Assembly: GCA_030754595.1 (NCBI GenBank)
Contig: JASLZZ010000129.1
Span: forward strand, 1-64,000
DNA length: 64,000 nt
Reading direction: 5' to 3'
From: Nitrospinota bacterium
GTDB taxonomy: Bacteria; UBA8248
In this document: one piece after another, positions 1 through 10,466 of the stretch
How the letters are laid out: each line of letters begins with the position of its first letter
How positions within the stretch are numbered: position 1 is the stretch's first letter
Position numbers and translations under genes: made by a program
The notes under the pieces: generated by a model
Seen by the model: the letters and a program-made list of their open reading frames with translations, nothing else
The model's database searches: none
What the model was told of the DNA's origin: nothing

Positions 1-2
1 TC

Positions 3-722
3 AAACAGCTTCACCGCGACCTTTTAAAATATTCAGACAAAGACGAGCGGCATCGTGGCGAATACAAGACAATTCCAAATCATGTCGAAGCCCTTGGTCC
101 GAGCGGTGAAAGCATGGGAGTTGTATTCGCCACGGCTACCCCTTTTGACACACCTCGTTTAATGGCTGAACTGATTGCCTGGGTACATCAGAGTACTGAG
201 GAGGGCGCACATCATCCACTTCTGATGGTCGCGATCTTTACTGTTGTGTTCCTTGAAATCCATCCGTTCCAAGATGGTAACGGCCGCCTCTCGCGAATCC
301 TGACTACCATGCTTTTGCTTCGCGCTGGTTATTCTTATGTTCCCTATTCCTCGCTAGAGAGTGTGGTCGAACAAAGCAAGGAATCCTATTACCTCGCCCT
401 GCGCCAAACGCAGGGTACGATTAGATCGGAAGAGCCGGTCTGGCTGCCCTGGGTCCTGTATTTCCTCAAAACCCTACAATTACAAAAGAATCAACTTGAG
501 AAGAAGATTGAGCGGGAGCGGGTTTTGCTAGGCGATTTACCCGAACTCTCGGTTCGAATCATGGCAATAGCCCGCGAGCATGGCCGCGTGACGATCAGCG
601 AGGCGGCGAAAGTTACTGGCGTCAACAGAAACACAATCAAGGATCATGTCCGAGCCCTCACCGAGAAGAGACATTTAACCAGGCATGGCGCCGGACGCGG
701 AACCTGGTATTCGCTTTCTTGA
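3..722 (+). CDS. Fic family (AMPylase-type) protein with C-terminal HTH; 5' end lies outside the window
   Basis: Canonical Fic motif HPFQDGNGRLSR; the frame is open from base 3 (KQLHRDLLKYSDKDERHRGEYKTIPNHVE...); the C-terminus (ISEAAKVTGVNRNTIKDHV...GAGRGTWY) looks like a winged HTH. Confidence 0.9.
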   Translation, partial: KQLHRDLLKYSDKDERHRGEYKTIPNHVEALGPSGESMGVVFATATPFDTPRLMAELIAWVHQSTEEGAHHPLLMVAIFTVVFLEIHPFQDGNGRLSRILTTMLLLRAGYSYVPYSSLESVVEQSKESYYLALRQTQGTIRSEEPVWLPWVLYFLKTLQLQKNQLEKKIERERVLLGDLPELSVRIMAIAREHGRVTISEAAKVTGVNRNTIKDHVRALTEKRHLTRHGAGRGTWYSLS

Positions 723-820
723 TCTGAGATGAAGCAAGATCAAAGAGCTCCTGATTTTAAAATATCCCTTACTTCCCCCAATTCAGTCTGAGTTATTGCC
801 AGTTTCCCCCGAAAATCTGC

Positions 821-923
821 GCAGTATCCAAGGTACAATTGGATGCCTCTCCTCCCATGTGCGACACCCAAACAGGCGAGTAGAGACTTTTAGGGGATAG
901 GGGATCGGTATCTTGGACACTGC
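821..923. repeat. 16-bp imperfect inverted repeat enclosing 71 bp
   Basis: GCAGTATCCAAGGTAC (821-836) and GTATCTTGGACACTGC (908-923) are 14/16 complementary. Confidence 0.6.
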
Positions 924-958
924 CGTCTCTCCGCCGCAGGTGGGAGAAGCTTGAAATC

Positions 959-990
959 AAAAAGCCCCGAACCTGTGGGGGGTTCGGGGC
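959..990 (-). terminator. Intrinsic terminator downstream of the tRNA-Ala 3' fragment
   Basis: Minus strand GCCCCGAACC-loop-GGTTCGGGGC followed by TTTTT. Confidence 0.75.
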
Positions 991-1035
991 CTAATGATAT
1001 TAACTACTACGTATATAAAAATTACAAGGAATCCG

Positions 1036-1080
1036 TGGTGGAGTTGAAGGGGATCGAACCCTCGACCTCATGACTGCCAG
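1036..1080 (-). tRNA. 3' half only of tRNA-Ala(GGC), anticodon loop to CCA; att-like fragment, not a complete gene
   Basis: Minus strand CTGGCAG TCATG AGGTC GAGGG TTCGATC CCCTT CAACTCC A CCA: GGC anticodon, T-arm, U70 alanine determinant, CCA. The upstream sequence cannot form the D-arm or the 5' side of the anticodon stem. Confidence 0.85.
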
Positions 1081-1121
1081 ATAAGGCGCCGCGGTTTTCG
1101 TCCCCACATCTTTCGGGAAAT

Positions 1122-1157
1122 AAAAAAGGCCGGCCCCAATCGGGGCCGGCCTTTTTT
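1122..1157. terminator. Bidirectional intrinsic terminator after pnp
   Basis: AAAAAA GGCCGGCCCC aatc GGGGCCGGCC TTTTTT. Confidence 0.9.
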
Positions 1158-1190
1158 ATTGTCGTCAGTGGATGTCCGGGTGAATACTCC

Positions 1191-3326
1191 CTACTCCACC
1201 GGGGTGAAGTGCGCCTTGTATTCCTCGGGAACATCTTCTTCCTTCACGTCCTTCATGGAGAGCCTGATTCGGCCGTTGCCCTCGACCTCGAGACACTTCA
1301 CCAAAATCCGGTCCCCCTCCTTGAGCACGTCGGTGACCGACTTGACGCGGTTCTTCGAGAGCATGGAGATATGGCAAAGGCCGTCGGTCCCCGGGAAGAT
1401 TTCGACGAAAGCGCCGAAATCCATGATTTTTCTCACCGTGCCGTAGTAAATTCTGTTCGGCTCGGCCTCCTGGGTAAGCTCCTTGATAATTTCGATGGCG
1501 CGCAGGGCGCTCGCCTCGTTGACCGACGCGACAAAGACAGTCCCGTCGTCCTCGATATCGATCTGGGCGCCGGTCTCCTCGACAATTCCGCGAACGACCT
1601 TCCCGCCCGGTCCGATTACGTCGCGGACACGGTTCTTGTGAACCTGAATGGAGAGGATGCGGGGCGCATGAGGAGAGATTTCCTCGCTCGGTGCTGAGAT
1701 AACGGCGTCCATCTTGTCGAGAACATGCATCCGTGCATCATTGGCCTGGGACAGCGCCTCGCGCACCAGGCTGAATTTGAGTCCCTTGATTTTGATGTCC
1801 ATCTGAAGGGCGGTGATTCCGTCGCGGGTGCCGCCGACCTTGAAGTCCATGTCGCCGAGATGATCCTCGATTCCGAGGATGTCCGTCAAAATGGCCGTTT
1901 TCCCAGACTCCTCATCGCTGACAAGACCCATGGCCACCCCGGCGACCGCCGAGGAGATGGGAACGCCGGCCGACATGAGCGACAAACTTGCCCCGCAGAT
2001 GGAAGCCATCGAGGAGCTACCGTTGCTCTCTGTGATATCGGAGACGACGCGAATCGTGTAGGGAAAAGTATCTTGATCGGGCAGAACCGCCTGAACCGCC
2101 CGCCGGGCGAGGGCACCGTGGCCGATTTCGCGGCGGCCGGGGCCCCGGTTGGGCTTCGCCTCCCCGACGCTGAAGCCGGGGAAGTTGTAGTGCAGGAGAA
2201 AATTACGATCCGTTTTTCCGTCGAGGGTGTCGATCAGCTGGGCGTCCGAACTGGTGCCCAGGGTGGTGTTAACGAGCGCCTGGGTCTCCCCCCGCGTGAA
2301 GAGCACGCTCCCGTGCGTCCGCGCCAGGGGATTCATCCGGATGGTGATGGGCCGCACCTCGGTGAAGGAGCGCCCGTCGGCCCGGATGCCGTCGTTGAGA
2401 ATGAGACCGCGGAAGACATCGTGTTCGACATCGGAGAAATAGTCGCCCACCGTTTTCTTGTCGGGGGCCCCCTCCTCTCCGGTGCAAAGCGCCTCGACGC
2501 AAGCCGCCTTGGCGCCGCCGATGGCCTGGTACTGGGCCATCTTCTCGTGGGTCTCCGCGGCCTTATTGAGCAGCGGAGTTGCGATCTCGCGAACGCGGGA
2601 CATCACGGCCTCGTTGACGGCTTCCTCCTCGACCTCGCGCTTGGGTTTTCCGCATTCGGCGCGAAGCTCTTCCTGCGCCTCGCAGAGTTCCTTGATGACT
2701 TCGTGGCCCTTCTCGAAGGCGTCCATGTAAACATCCTCGGAGACCTCGAAACTCCCCGCCTCGACCATCACCAGGGCATCGGCCGTTCCCACCATGACGC
2801 AGTTCACGTCGCTGTCGACCTGCTGATCAACGGTCGGATTGATGATGATTTCCTCGTCAATCCTTCCCACTCGGACGGCCGCTATCGGCCCGGCCCAGGG
2901 GATGTCCGAGATGTGAAGCGCCGCCGAGGTTCCGTTGATCGCGAGGATGTCCGAGTCGCATAGCCGGTCGTAGGACATGACCATAATCTGGATCATCGTC
3001 TCGCACTGAAACCAATCGGGGAACAGCGGGCGAATCGGGCGGTCGATGAGGCGGCAGGTAAGCACTTCGCGTTCGCCGGGACGGGCCTCGCGCCTGAAGA
3101 AATTCCCCGGTATCACCCCGGCCGCGTAAAACCCCTCGCGGTAGTCCACAGTGAGCGGAAAGAAATCGAACCCCACGCGGGGGGACGACGATGCGCAGGC
3201 GGTGCAGAGAACCGAGGTTTCGCCGTAATGCATCATGACGGCGCCGTCGGCCTGCTTGGCGATTTCGCCGGTCTCGAAGGCGAGCGTAAACCCATTGATG
3301 GATAGTTCTTTACGGATAGGTGTCAT
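1191..3326 (-). CDS. pnp: Polyribonucleotide nucleotidyltransferase (PNPase)
   Basis: [48 protein letters not shown] motifs; KH and S1 domains; follows rpsO. Confidence 0.99.
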   Translation of the reverse strand: MTPIRKELSINGFTLAFETGEIAKQADGAVMMHYGETSVLCTACASSSPRVGFDFFPLTVDYREGFYAAGVIPGNFFRREARPGEREVLTCRLIDRPIRPLFPDWFQCETMIQIMVMSYDRLCDSDILAINGTSAALHISDIPWAGPIAAVRVGRIDEEIIINPTVDQQVDSDVNCVMVGTADALVMVEAGSFEVSEDVYMDAFEKGHEVIKELCEAQEELRAECGKPKREVEEEAVNEAVMSRVREIATPLLNKAAETHEKMAQYQAIGGAKAACVEALCTGEEGAPDKKTVGDYFSDVEHDVFRGLILNDGIRADGRSFTEVRPITIRMNPLARTHGSVLFTRGETQALVNTTLGTSSDAQLIDTLDGKTDRNFLLHYNFPGFSVGEAKPNRGPGRREIGHGALARRAVQAVLPDQDTFPYTIRVVSDITESNGSSSMASICGASLSLMSAGVPISSAVAGVAMGLVSDEESGKTAILTDILGIEDHLGDMDFKVGGTRDGITALQMDIKIKGLKFSLVREALSQANDARMHVLDKMDAVISAPSEEISPHAPRILSIQVHKNRVRDVIGPGGKVVRGIVEETGAQIDIEDDGTVFVASVNEASALRAIEIIKELTQEAEPNRIYYGTVRKIMDFGAFVEIFPGTDGLCHISMLSKNRVKSVTDVLKEGDRILVKCLEVEGNGRIRLSMKDVKEEDVPEEYKAHFTPVE

Positions 3327-3375
3327 AGTGGATTCTCTCTGAAGGTTGGCCGCTCTTTAGCGGCGAAAAGCGCGG

Positions 3376-3645
3376 CTAGCGTCGGATACCAAGACGCTGA
3401 ATCAGGGTGCGGTAGCGGCTGATATCCTTGTCCTTCAGATAATCGAGAAGGCGCCGCCGCTGACCAACGAGCTTCAACAGACCTCTTCTGGAATGGTGGT
3501 CTTTCTTGTGCGTTTTAAAATGGTCTGTGAGATAGGTGATGCGCTCGGTCAGGATGGCGACTTGGACTTCAGGTGAGCCAGTGTCGCTTTCGTGGGTTTT
3601 ATAGCTGTCGATAACTTCCGTTTTCTTGTCCTTTGTCAGGACCAT
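3376..3645 (-). CDS. rpsO: 30S ribosomal protein S15
   Basis: [38 protein letters not shown]; 89 aa. Confidence 0.99.
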   Translation of the reverse strand: MVLTKDKKTEVIDSYKTHESDTGSPEVQVAILTERITYLTDHFKTHKKDHHSRRGLLKLVGQRRRLLDYLKDKDISRYRTLIQRLGIRR

Positions 3646-3768
3646 TCGATTTTCACCTCCGTTTGCCGGCCCGGCGGATCCGAGCCCTCTTTTCGCGCAT
3701 GCCTTCTTCTCAACGGCGAGCGAGTGTAGCGAACTTGCGGTCCAATGTAAATGACGGAAACCAAAGAT

Positions 3769-4677
3769 TTATTGGACAAATACGCGGTCCGCGTTGATCC
3801 CCCCACCGCCGGGGAGGACCCGCCCGACGGCGATCACATCGCCGCCCGGAGCGAATACCCGCACTTTCCCGCCCTCTCGAAGGGGCAGCTGGACCGTAAA
3901 ATCCCGCCCGGCGAGAGGAATTCCGTTTCGAAAGCGCCCCTCGGCCTCGGACTTGACGGTAACGGCGGGGAGGTGAGCGAGGGCATCCCCCAGCGGCATC
4001 AGCGCCTCCCGGAGGCGGCCTTCCCCGGCCAGACTCTCCGCCTCCTCGAGGAAAATCCCGTCCTCCAGGTGAAAGGGACCCAGTTTCGTCCGCGTGAGGG
4101 CCTCCATGCAGCCGCCCGATCCCTGGAGAGCGCCCACGTCATGGCACAGCGTGCGGATGTAAGTGCCCCGGCTGCACGAGACCTCGAAAGTCAGCCGGCT
4201 CCCCTCGGCCGCAAGGGCCCGAATGTCGTAAATCTCCACCTTCCTGCCTTCGCGATCTACCTCCTTGCCGGCCCGGGCCAGTTCGTGAAGCCGCGTTCCC
4301 CCGACCTTGAGGGCGGAAAACATGGGTGGCACTTGGATTCCCGGACCCAGGAAGGTGCCGAGAAGGCGCTGGGCCTCGTCCAGGGGGATATCTCCGGCCT
4401 CGTCCTCCGATATCGTTTCGCCCGTGATGTCCTGGGTGTCGGTCACCCGGCCAAATATCATCGTCGCCCGGTACGTTTTCGGACAATCGAGGAGATAGGG
4501 AAATATTTTCGTCGCCGCCCCCACGCACACCGGGAGCACCCCCTCGGCCATGGGGTCGAGGGTGCCGGCGTGGCCCACCTTCGTTTTTCCGGGCAAAAGG
4601 CGCCGCACCCGGGCGACCATGTCGTGCGAGGTGGGCCCCGACTTTTTCTTCAGATTCAGAACACCGATGATTTTCAA
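3769..4677 (-). CDS. truB: tRNA pseudouridine(55) synthase
   Basis: KVGHAGTLDPMAEGVL, QVPPMFSALKVGG, CSRGTYIRTL. Confidence 0.97.
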   Translation of the reverse strand: MKIIGVLNLKKKSGPTSHDMVARVRRLLPGKTKVGHAGTLDPMAEGVLPVCVGAATKIFPYLLDCPKTYRATMIFGRVTDTQDITGETISEDEAGDIPLDEAQRLLGTFLGPGIQVPPMFSALKVGGTRLHELARAGKEVDREGRKVEIYDIRALAAEGSRLTFEVSCSRGTYIRTLCHDVGALQGSGGCMEALTRTKLGPFHLEDGIFLEEAESLAGEGRLREALMPLGDALAHLPAVTVKSEAEGRFRNGIPLAGRDFTVQLPLREGGKVRVFAPGGDVIAVGRVLPGGGGINADRVFVQ

Positions 4678-5045
4678 GTTTCCCTTTCCATATCACTGAG
4701 CAAGCGGTTGATCTCGGCGCTGTGGCCCAAGCCGCGGTCGATGTAGAACTCGAGGCGGGGGACGCGCCTGAGACGAAGCCGCTCGCCGAGCTTCCCCTGG
4801 AGGAATCCGCTCGCTCGGCGGAGGCCCTCGAGCCCCTCGTCAATCTCCCCCTCCGAGCCGCGCCCCTCACCGTAGCGGCTGAAGAATACATCGGCCACCC
4901 GAAGGTCGCGGCTCACCTCGACCTTCGTGATCATCGTGCCGCGCACACGGGGATCCTTCACCTCGCGGAGAAGCATCCCCCCCAGTTCGGACTGAATCAG
5001 CTCGGCCACCCGAACCGACCGGGGGTAGTTGCGGTTAATCACCAT
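4674..5045 (-). CDS. rbfA: Ribosome-binding factor A
   Basis: RVAELIQSEL...VKDPR, VSRDLRVADV, LRRVPRLEF; located between infB and truB. Confidence 0.95.
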   Translation of the reverse strand: MVINRNYPRSVRVAELIQSELGGMLLREVKDPRVRGTMITKVEVSRDLRVADVFFSRYGEGRGSEGEIDEGLEGLRRASGFLQGKLGERLRLRRVPRLEFYIDRGLGHSAEINRLLSDMERET

Positions 5046-5077
5046 AATCTCTCCAGCTCCTCCCCTCGGGGCGGCCC

Positions 5078-5362
5078 CTAGAGAATCTCGATATCAAAGT
5101 CGAGAATGACCGCCTGCCCCATCGCATCGATCGCATCGAGAGTCTTTCGAAGCTGGCTGTCCACGTGGCGTGCGTCGTTCGAGACCGCGCACACCCCGAT
5201 ACGGCAGCGCTGCCACTTGTCCTGAAAATCCACCTCGGCCACGGCCACATTGAAGCGCTGCCGCAGCCTGGCGGTGAGCGAACTCACCACCTTGCGTTTG
5301 CTTTTTAGGGAGCTGCTGCCGGGTATCTGGAGGTCCACGGTCATAAGACCCACGGCGGTCAT
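5078..5362 (-). CDS. DUF503 (YlxP-like) protein
   Basis: Start reassigned to ATG 5362 ([26 protein letters not shown]...[16 protein letters not shown]); conserved position between infB and rbfA. Confidence 0.9.
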   Translation of the reverse strand: MTAVGLMTVDLQIPGSSSLKSKRKVVSSLTARLRQRFNVAVAEVDFQDKWQRCRIGVCAVSNDARHVDSQLRKTLDAIDAMGQAVILDFDIEIL

Positions 5363-5402
5363 GAATGGAATCCCCCGCTGGCGGCCGGCCGGGAGGCCGG
5401 CA

Positions 5403-7586
5403 TCAAAGGGTCCGGGCCACCTCCTCGGTGACGAAGGGTTCGATAACGTCCCCCTCCTTGATGTCCTGGAACTTCTCGATTCCGATACCGCATTCGTAGC
5501 CCTGCTGAACCTCGTTGACGTCTTCCTTGAAGCGGCGCAGCGAGGAAACCCGGCCCGTGTAAACCACAACGCTGTCGCGGATGAGGCGAACCTCCGAGCC
5601 CCGCTGGACGGCGCCGTCCGTCACGTAGCAGCCCGCGATCGAGCCGATGCTCGGCACATGGAAAGTCTGGCGCACCTCGGCGTGGCCACGGATCACTTCC
5701 CTGGATATCGGATCGAGAATCCCCTCGAGAGCAGCCCTGACCTCCTCGATGGCATTGTAAATCACCGAATAGAGACGGATGTCCACATTCTCCCGCTTGG
5801 CGGACAAATCCGCCCCCGTCGTCGGACGTACATTGAAACCGACGATAATGGCCGACGAGGCGGCTGCCAGCATAACGTCGGTTTCGGTGATCCCGCCGGC
5901 CGAGGCGTGAAGGATTCTCACGGCCACCTCCTCGTTGCCCTGCTTGGAGAGGCTGTCCTTCAGGGCTTCGAGGCTGCCCTGAACATCGGCTTTTAGGATG
6001 ATGTTGAGCTCCTTGATCGTGCCCTTCTGGACCCCTTCCAGGAAGGTCTCCAGGTTGACCCGCGCCATCGGGAGCATGGCGGCGAGGCGATCGCGCTGCT
6101 GGCGGCGGGAGCTGATCTCCCGGGCCGACCGCTCGTCGGCGACACTCGTGAACTCGTCGCCCGCTTGCGGGACACCGGATATCCCTAAAATTTCAACCGG
6201 CGTGGACGGACCCGCCGCCTTGATCTTGTTTCCCTGATCGTCGATGAGGGCGCGCACCTTCCCGCTCCAGCTACCGGCGACGAAGTTATCGCCCGGCGAT
6301 AGCGTCCCCCGCTGGACGAGCACGGTCGCCACCGGCCCCCGGCCCTTGTCGAGTTTCGCCTCGATGACGATCCCCTGGGACCTGCGGTTGGGATTGGCCT
6401 TAAGCTCGAGCAGGTCGGATTGAAGAATGGCAAGATCGAGAAGGTCATCCACCCCGTGGCCCTCTTTCGCCGATACCGGGCTGAATACCGTTTCGCCCCC
6501 CCAATCATCCGGGATGAGATCGAGTTCGGAGAGCTGTTGCTTTACTCGGTCGGGATTCGCGTCGGGAAGGTCCATCTTGTTGATGGCCACCATGACGGGC
6601 ACTTCGGCGGCCTTGGCGTGAGCGACGGCCTCGCGCGTCTGAGGCATCACGCCCTCGTTCGCCGCCACGACCAGGATGACCAGATCGGTGACCTGGGCTC
6701 CCCGGGCGCGCATGGAGGTGAACGCCTCGTGGCCCGGTGTATCGAGGAAGACCGCCGTTCCCGTCCCGGTAGTCACCCGGTAGGCGCCGCTGTGCTGGGT
6801 GATGCCGCCCGCCTCGCTGTCCATGACATTCGCGTTCCGGATGGCGTCGAGAAGTCTGGTTTTCCCGTGATCGACGTGGCCCATCACCGTAATCACCGGA
6901 GCGCGGGGAGCGAGATCCTCGGGCTTATCGATGTCTTCTTCGGGAACCTCTTCGTAGGTATCCTTGGTGACTTCTATTTCGAAGCCGAACTCGCCGCAAA
7001 CGATCTCGGCGGTGTCCGAGTCGATCATCTGATTGATCGTCGTCATTTGGCCCAGCTTCATCAACTCCTTGATGACCTCGGTGGCCTTGAGGCTAAGCTT
7101 GTCGGCCAGCTCCTTGACGGTGATGGCTTCGGGAATGCGAACCTTCCTCGCGGGACCGGGAGACTCCTCCTCGGCAGGGGCCACGGGCTCGGCTTCCTTC
7201 TCAGGAGCCTTGGCTTCCGGGGCTTTGGCTGCCGGAGCCACCTCGGCGAGAGCGGCTTCCTCCTTGGGAGGCGGGGTCTTCTTCTCTTTGGCCTTGACGG
7301 GCGCGGCTCTTTTCTTCGCTGGCGCCTTTTTTTCGGCCGGTACTTTTTTTTCTGTCTTTTTTGCCTTGGGGGGCTCGTCTTTTTTCTTGGGCGCAGCCTT
7401 GGCCTTGGGCTTCTCCTTGGCGGGAACCTGTTGGGAGAAGAGCGTCATGATGAGTTCGGCCGTCTCTTCGTCGACCGTGCTCATGTAGCTCTTGACCTCG
7501 ATTCCCTCTTTTTTCAACTCCCCGACAAACACCTTATTGTCGTATCCCAGCTTCTTGGCCAGTTCGTAAATTCTTACCTTCGCCAT
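5403..7586 (-). CDS. infB: Translation initiation factor IF-2
   Basis: [12 protein letters not shown]-terminus, [29 protein letters not shown]. Confidence 0.99.
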   Translation of the reverse strand: MAKVRIYELAKKLGYDNKVFVGELKKEGIEVKSYMSTVDEETAELIMTLFSQQVPAKEKPKAKAAPKKKDEPPKAKKTEKKVPAEKKAPAKKRAAPVKAKEKKTPPPKEEAALAEVAPAAKAPEAKAPEKEAEPVAPAEEESPGPARKVRIPEAITVKELADKLSLKATEVIKELMKLGQMTTINQMIDSDTAEIVCGEFGFEIEVTKDTYEEVPEEDIDKPEDLAPRAPVITVMGHVDHGKTRLLDAIRNANVMDSEAGGITQHSGAYRVTTGTGTAVFLDTPGHEAFTSMRARGAQVTDLVILVVAANEGVMPQTREAVAHAKAAEVPVMVAINKMDLPDANPDRVKQQLSELDLIPDDWGGETVFSPVSAKEGHGVDDLLDLAILQSDLLELKANPNRRSQGIVIEAKLDKGRGPVATVLVQRGTLSPGDNFVAGSWSGKVRALIDDQGNKIKAAGPSTPVEILGISGVPQAGDEFTSVADERSAREISSRRQQRDRLAAMLPMARVNLETFLEGVQKGTIKELNIILKADVQGSLEALKDSLSKQGNEEVAVRILHASAGGITETDVMLAAASSAIIVGFNVRPTTGADLSAKRENVDIRLYSVIYNAIEEVRAALEGILDPISREVIRGHAEVRQTFHVPSIGSIAGCYVTDGAVQRGSEVRLIRDSVVVYTGRVSSLRRFKEDVNEVQQGYECGIGIEKFQDIKEGDVIEPFVTEEVARTL

Positions 7587-7680
7587 TCAGGCTGCCACCG
7601 CCCTTTCCCGTTTTCCAGAGCCGGGCTTCCCGGCCTCTCCAGTCATGATCCCAAAAAAAAAACTTCATCAAGCTGCCACC

Positions 7681-8262
7681 CTACGCGGGCGCCAGGGCAC
7701 TCACTTGCGAACTCCTGAGCGCGACTTGCCTCGCCAGCGAGCTGTCGGCCAAAAAGAATACACCCACCGGGCGCCCGCCAAACACGGCGCCGACTCGCTC
7801 CATCGTCAAGTTCAACTCGGCGGGAGCGCGCGTCCCGTCTCCAAGGGAGGCCCTTTTGAGGACCTCCTCCCGGCTTCCCGCCGCCAGATCCTCAGCCAGA
7901 AACAAGCGGCCGCCGCCTCCCGGGCGGGCAGCCCTCAACGCGGCATCGCGCCCCGCCGAAATCACTTTTTTTCGCCAGGCGGCGCCGAGAAGGCCCTCGA
8001 TCCGCCGCCCAAGCAACGAGCGGAGAGAGGCGGCGATCTCATCCGCCGCCGGGGTCGCCGTCCGGGAGCGAAGGGCGCGGGTCAAATTGCCAGGCTCCAG
8101 AGTCCTGCTCAGGCATTCGGTCCCGAAACAGCAATAAGCACCCCGGCCCGGCAACCGGCTATCCAACTCAGCGTACACCTCGCCGCCGGGTCCGGCCACC
8201 ATTCGAAACAACGACCCGGGGGGGGCCTTCTTTCGGCAAGCAATGCACATGCGCTCGGGCAC
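7681..8262 (-). CDS. Fusion of YlxR (DUF448) and L7Ae/YlxQ-like RNA-binding domains
   Basis: N-half PERMCIACRK...LPGRGAYCC (YlxR); C-half LLGAAWRKKVISAG...LFLAEDLA (L7Ae-like); between nusA and infB. Confidence 0.8.
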   Translation of the reverse strand: MPERMCIACRKKAPPGSLFRMVAGPGGEVYAELDSRLPGRGAYCCFGTECLSRTLEPGNLTRALRSRTATPAADEIAASLRSLLGRRIEGLLGAAWRKKVISAGRDAALRAARPGGGGRLFLAEDLAAGSREEVLKRASLGDGTRAPAELNLTMERVGAVFGGRPVGVFFLADSSLARQVALRSSQVSALAPA

Positions 8263-8324
8263 CGCCGCTCTTCCTCGCTTCAGCTAAACCGCCAAAAAGC
8301 CCTTCCCGCCGGCCGGGAAGCCGG

Positions 8325-9662
8325 TTATTCCTCTTCGGCAACCACTTCGGCCTCGGTTCCAGCCTCACCCTCGGAGCCATCGCCAAAGGAGTTCGCCGCA
8401 TCAATCAAAAGCTGGGCACGCTTGGGTCCGATGCCGGGCACACTGCACAGATCGTCGAGCGATGCCTTCGTGATCGCGGCAATTGTTCCGAAACCGTTTT
8501 CGCTCAATAGCTGGACCATTTTCTCGCCCACCACATCGAGCCTCAAAAGATCGGATTCCAGGGAACCGGCCGCCTCCTCCTCTTTCTTACCTCCGTCGTC
8601 CGAGGCGAACGCCTGCTCGGCGATCATGCGGCGGTATTCGCTCTCTCCCTTCAAGTCGATTTTCCACCCCAGGAGCTTGGCCGCGAGGCGCACGTTCTGC
8701 CCCCCCTTGCCGATGGCCAGCGAGAGTTGATCGTCGGGGACGAGGACTTCCATCCGTCCATCCTCCTCGTGGAGGGTGATATGCTGGATCTTGGCCGGAC
8801 TCAACGCATTACCGGCAAAGGTCGTGACATCCTCGTTCCAGGGAATAATATCGATCTTCTCGCCGCGAAGCTCTTGAACGATGGCCTGCACCCGGCTTCC
8901 CCGCGTACCCACGCAGGCGCCTACCGGGTCGATATCGCGGTCGTGGCTTACCACCGCCACCTTGGAGCGCCCGCTCGGCTCCCGCACGCAGCACTTGATC
9001 TCGACGATCCCGTCGTAAATTTCGGGAACCTCCAGTTCAAAGAGGCGAATCAGCAATCCGGGATGAGTCCGGCTCGCGATGACCTGGGGGCCCTTTGACG
9101 CTTCGCGAACATCCATGATGTAGGCCCGGATCCGATCGCCTCGCTTGTATACCTCGCGGAAAATCTGCTCGCGCCTCGGGAGGAGCGCTTCGGTGCGCCC
9201 GATATCGACATAAATATTGCCGCGCTCTACCTGCGAAACCGAGCCCGTGACGAGCTCGCCCTGGCGGCCCTTGAACTCTTCGTAAATGTTGGATCGCTCG
9301 GCCTCGCGGACCCGCTGGATAATGACCTGCTTGGCCGTCTGGGCGGCGATACGTCCGAGGGTTTCGGTGTCGAGCGAGATCAGGTAGGGGTCGCCGACCT
9401 GGATTTCGGGGCTCTCTTTTCTGGCGTCCTCGACATCGATCTCGGTCTCCGAATCCTGGACGATCCGCACCACCTCTTTCACAATCTGGGCGGTGATTTC
9501 GCCTGACTCCTCGTCGATCGACACCTTGACGTTCTCGCCGAGGGAAAACTGTTTTCTGGCAGCCGAGGCGATGGCCGTTTTCAACGTATCGTAGAGAAAT
9601 TTCTTGTCGATCCCCCGCTCTCGCTCAAGCTGATTGAGAACCGCCACCAACTCCTGGCTCAC
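8325..9662 (-). CDS. nusA: Transcription termination/antitermination factor NusA
   Basis: GRIAAQTAKQVIIQRVREAER, DPVGACVGTRGSRVQ, LSLAIGKGGQNVRLA; C-terminal HhH repeats. Confidence 0.99.
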   Translation of the reverse strand: MSQELVAVLNQLERERGIDKKFLYDTLKTAIASAARKQFSLGENVKVSIDEESGEITAQIVKEVVRIVQDSETEIDVEDARKESPEIQVGDPYLISLDTETLGRIAAQTAKQVIIQRVREAERSNIYEEFKGRQGELVTGSVSQVERGNIYVDIGRTEALLPRREQIFREVYKRGDRIRAYIMDVREASKGPQVIASRTHPGLLIRLFELEVPEIYDGIVEIKCCVREPSGRSKVAVVSHDRDIDPVGACVGTRGSRVQAIVQELRGEKIDIIPWNEDVTTFAGNALSPAKIQHITLHEEDGRMEVLVPDDQLSLAIGKGGQNVRLAAKLLGWKIDLKGESEYRRMIAEQAFASDDGGKKEEEAAGSLESDLLRLDVVGEKMVQLLSENGFGTIAAITKASLDDLCSVPGIGPKRAQLLIDAANSFGDGSEGEAGTEAEVVAEEE

Positions 9663-10195
9663 CCGCTTACCCCTCCATCTCCTTTACCGGACCCGCTTTC
9701 GGGACCCTTGCCCATAAAAACGGAATCCCAGTCCACTTCCAACCGCGCCCGGGCGATTCCGCCAAGTGGGAAGGAGCGCTCCCCCCCGTCATCCGTTTCG
9801 ATAGTGACGACATCGCTCTCGATGTCTTTTAAAACACCAGAGAACCGCTGCTGGCCGGAGGCATCGTCCCGCCTCCTGAGCCGAACGGTGATCCGCTGGC
9901 CGGCGAAGCGGCGAAAATCCGAGGCCTTTCGAAGCGGCCTCTCGAGCCCGGGGCTCGAAACCTCGAGGACATGGGAGGAGTTGATGGTACCCTCCTCCTC
10001 CATCTTGCCGCCCAGTTCGCGGCTCATCCGCGAGCAATCGATCAGATTCACTCCCCCCGGATTGTCGATGAAAAGACGGAACATCTGTCGCTTACCGCCT
10101 CCGCCCCGCTCGATTTCCACCACCTCAAGACCCAGGTCGTCGGCCACGGCCTCGGCGAGGACCCAGATACGGCTGACTGCATCATGCGAAACCAC
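9659..10195 (-). CDS. rimP: Ribosome maturation factor RimP
   Basis: LFIDNPGGVNLIDCSRMS, LEVSSPGLERPL; start placed at GTG 10195, downstream of the leader hairpin (the ORF track extends to 10249). Confidence 0.93.
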   Translation of the reverse strand: MVSHDAVSRIWVLAEAVADDLGLEVVEIERGGGGKRQMFRLFIDNPGGVNLIDCSRMSRELGGKMEEEGTINSSHVLEVSSPGLERPLRKASDFRRFAGQRITVRLRRRDDASGQQRFSGVLKDIESDVVTIETDDGGERSFPLGGIARARLEVDWDSVFMGKGPESGSGKGDGGVSG

Positions 10196-10219
10196 GGGGC
10201 CCGGCTCCGGATCGGGACG

Positions 10220-10250
10220 AAAAAAAGCGGGCCGCTTTAGCGGGCCCACT
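10220..10250 (-). promoter_or_regulatory. rimP leader terminator/attenuator hairpin
   Basis: Minus strand AAGTGGGC-C-CGCT AA AGCG-GCCCGCTT followed by a T run, immediately 5' of rimP. Confidence 0.65.
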
Positions 10251-10466
10251 TCCCATGCGTGTATTCAACACGCCGCCGGTAATGTACCCCTCATTGGGAA
10301 TTAGTGCAAGATGAGCCGCCGAACCGGAAAAATAATGAAAAACTTCCCTCGACCCGCCCCGCGCGGCCTGGCCGGGCTTTTCCGTCTTGCCCCTCTCAGG
10401 GCTCCATGCTAGATTTTCTCTCCCGAAAGCCCATGTTTATTCAGTATTTACCGGGAGGCAGGCTCG

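Noticed and set aside
1036..1110. Possibility of a complete atypical tRNA, intron-split tRNA or tmRNA (upstream GGGGACG could mimic a 5' acceptor strand)
   Set aside because: The acceptor stem would have two mismatches, there is no D-arm, the anticodon stem does not pair, and there is no room for an intron or tag ORF before the pnp terminator
7653..7662. A10/T10 homopolymer between ylxR-L7Ae and infB
   Set aside because: Intergenic, with no clear preceding hairpin and no effect on reading frames
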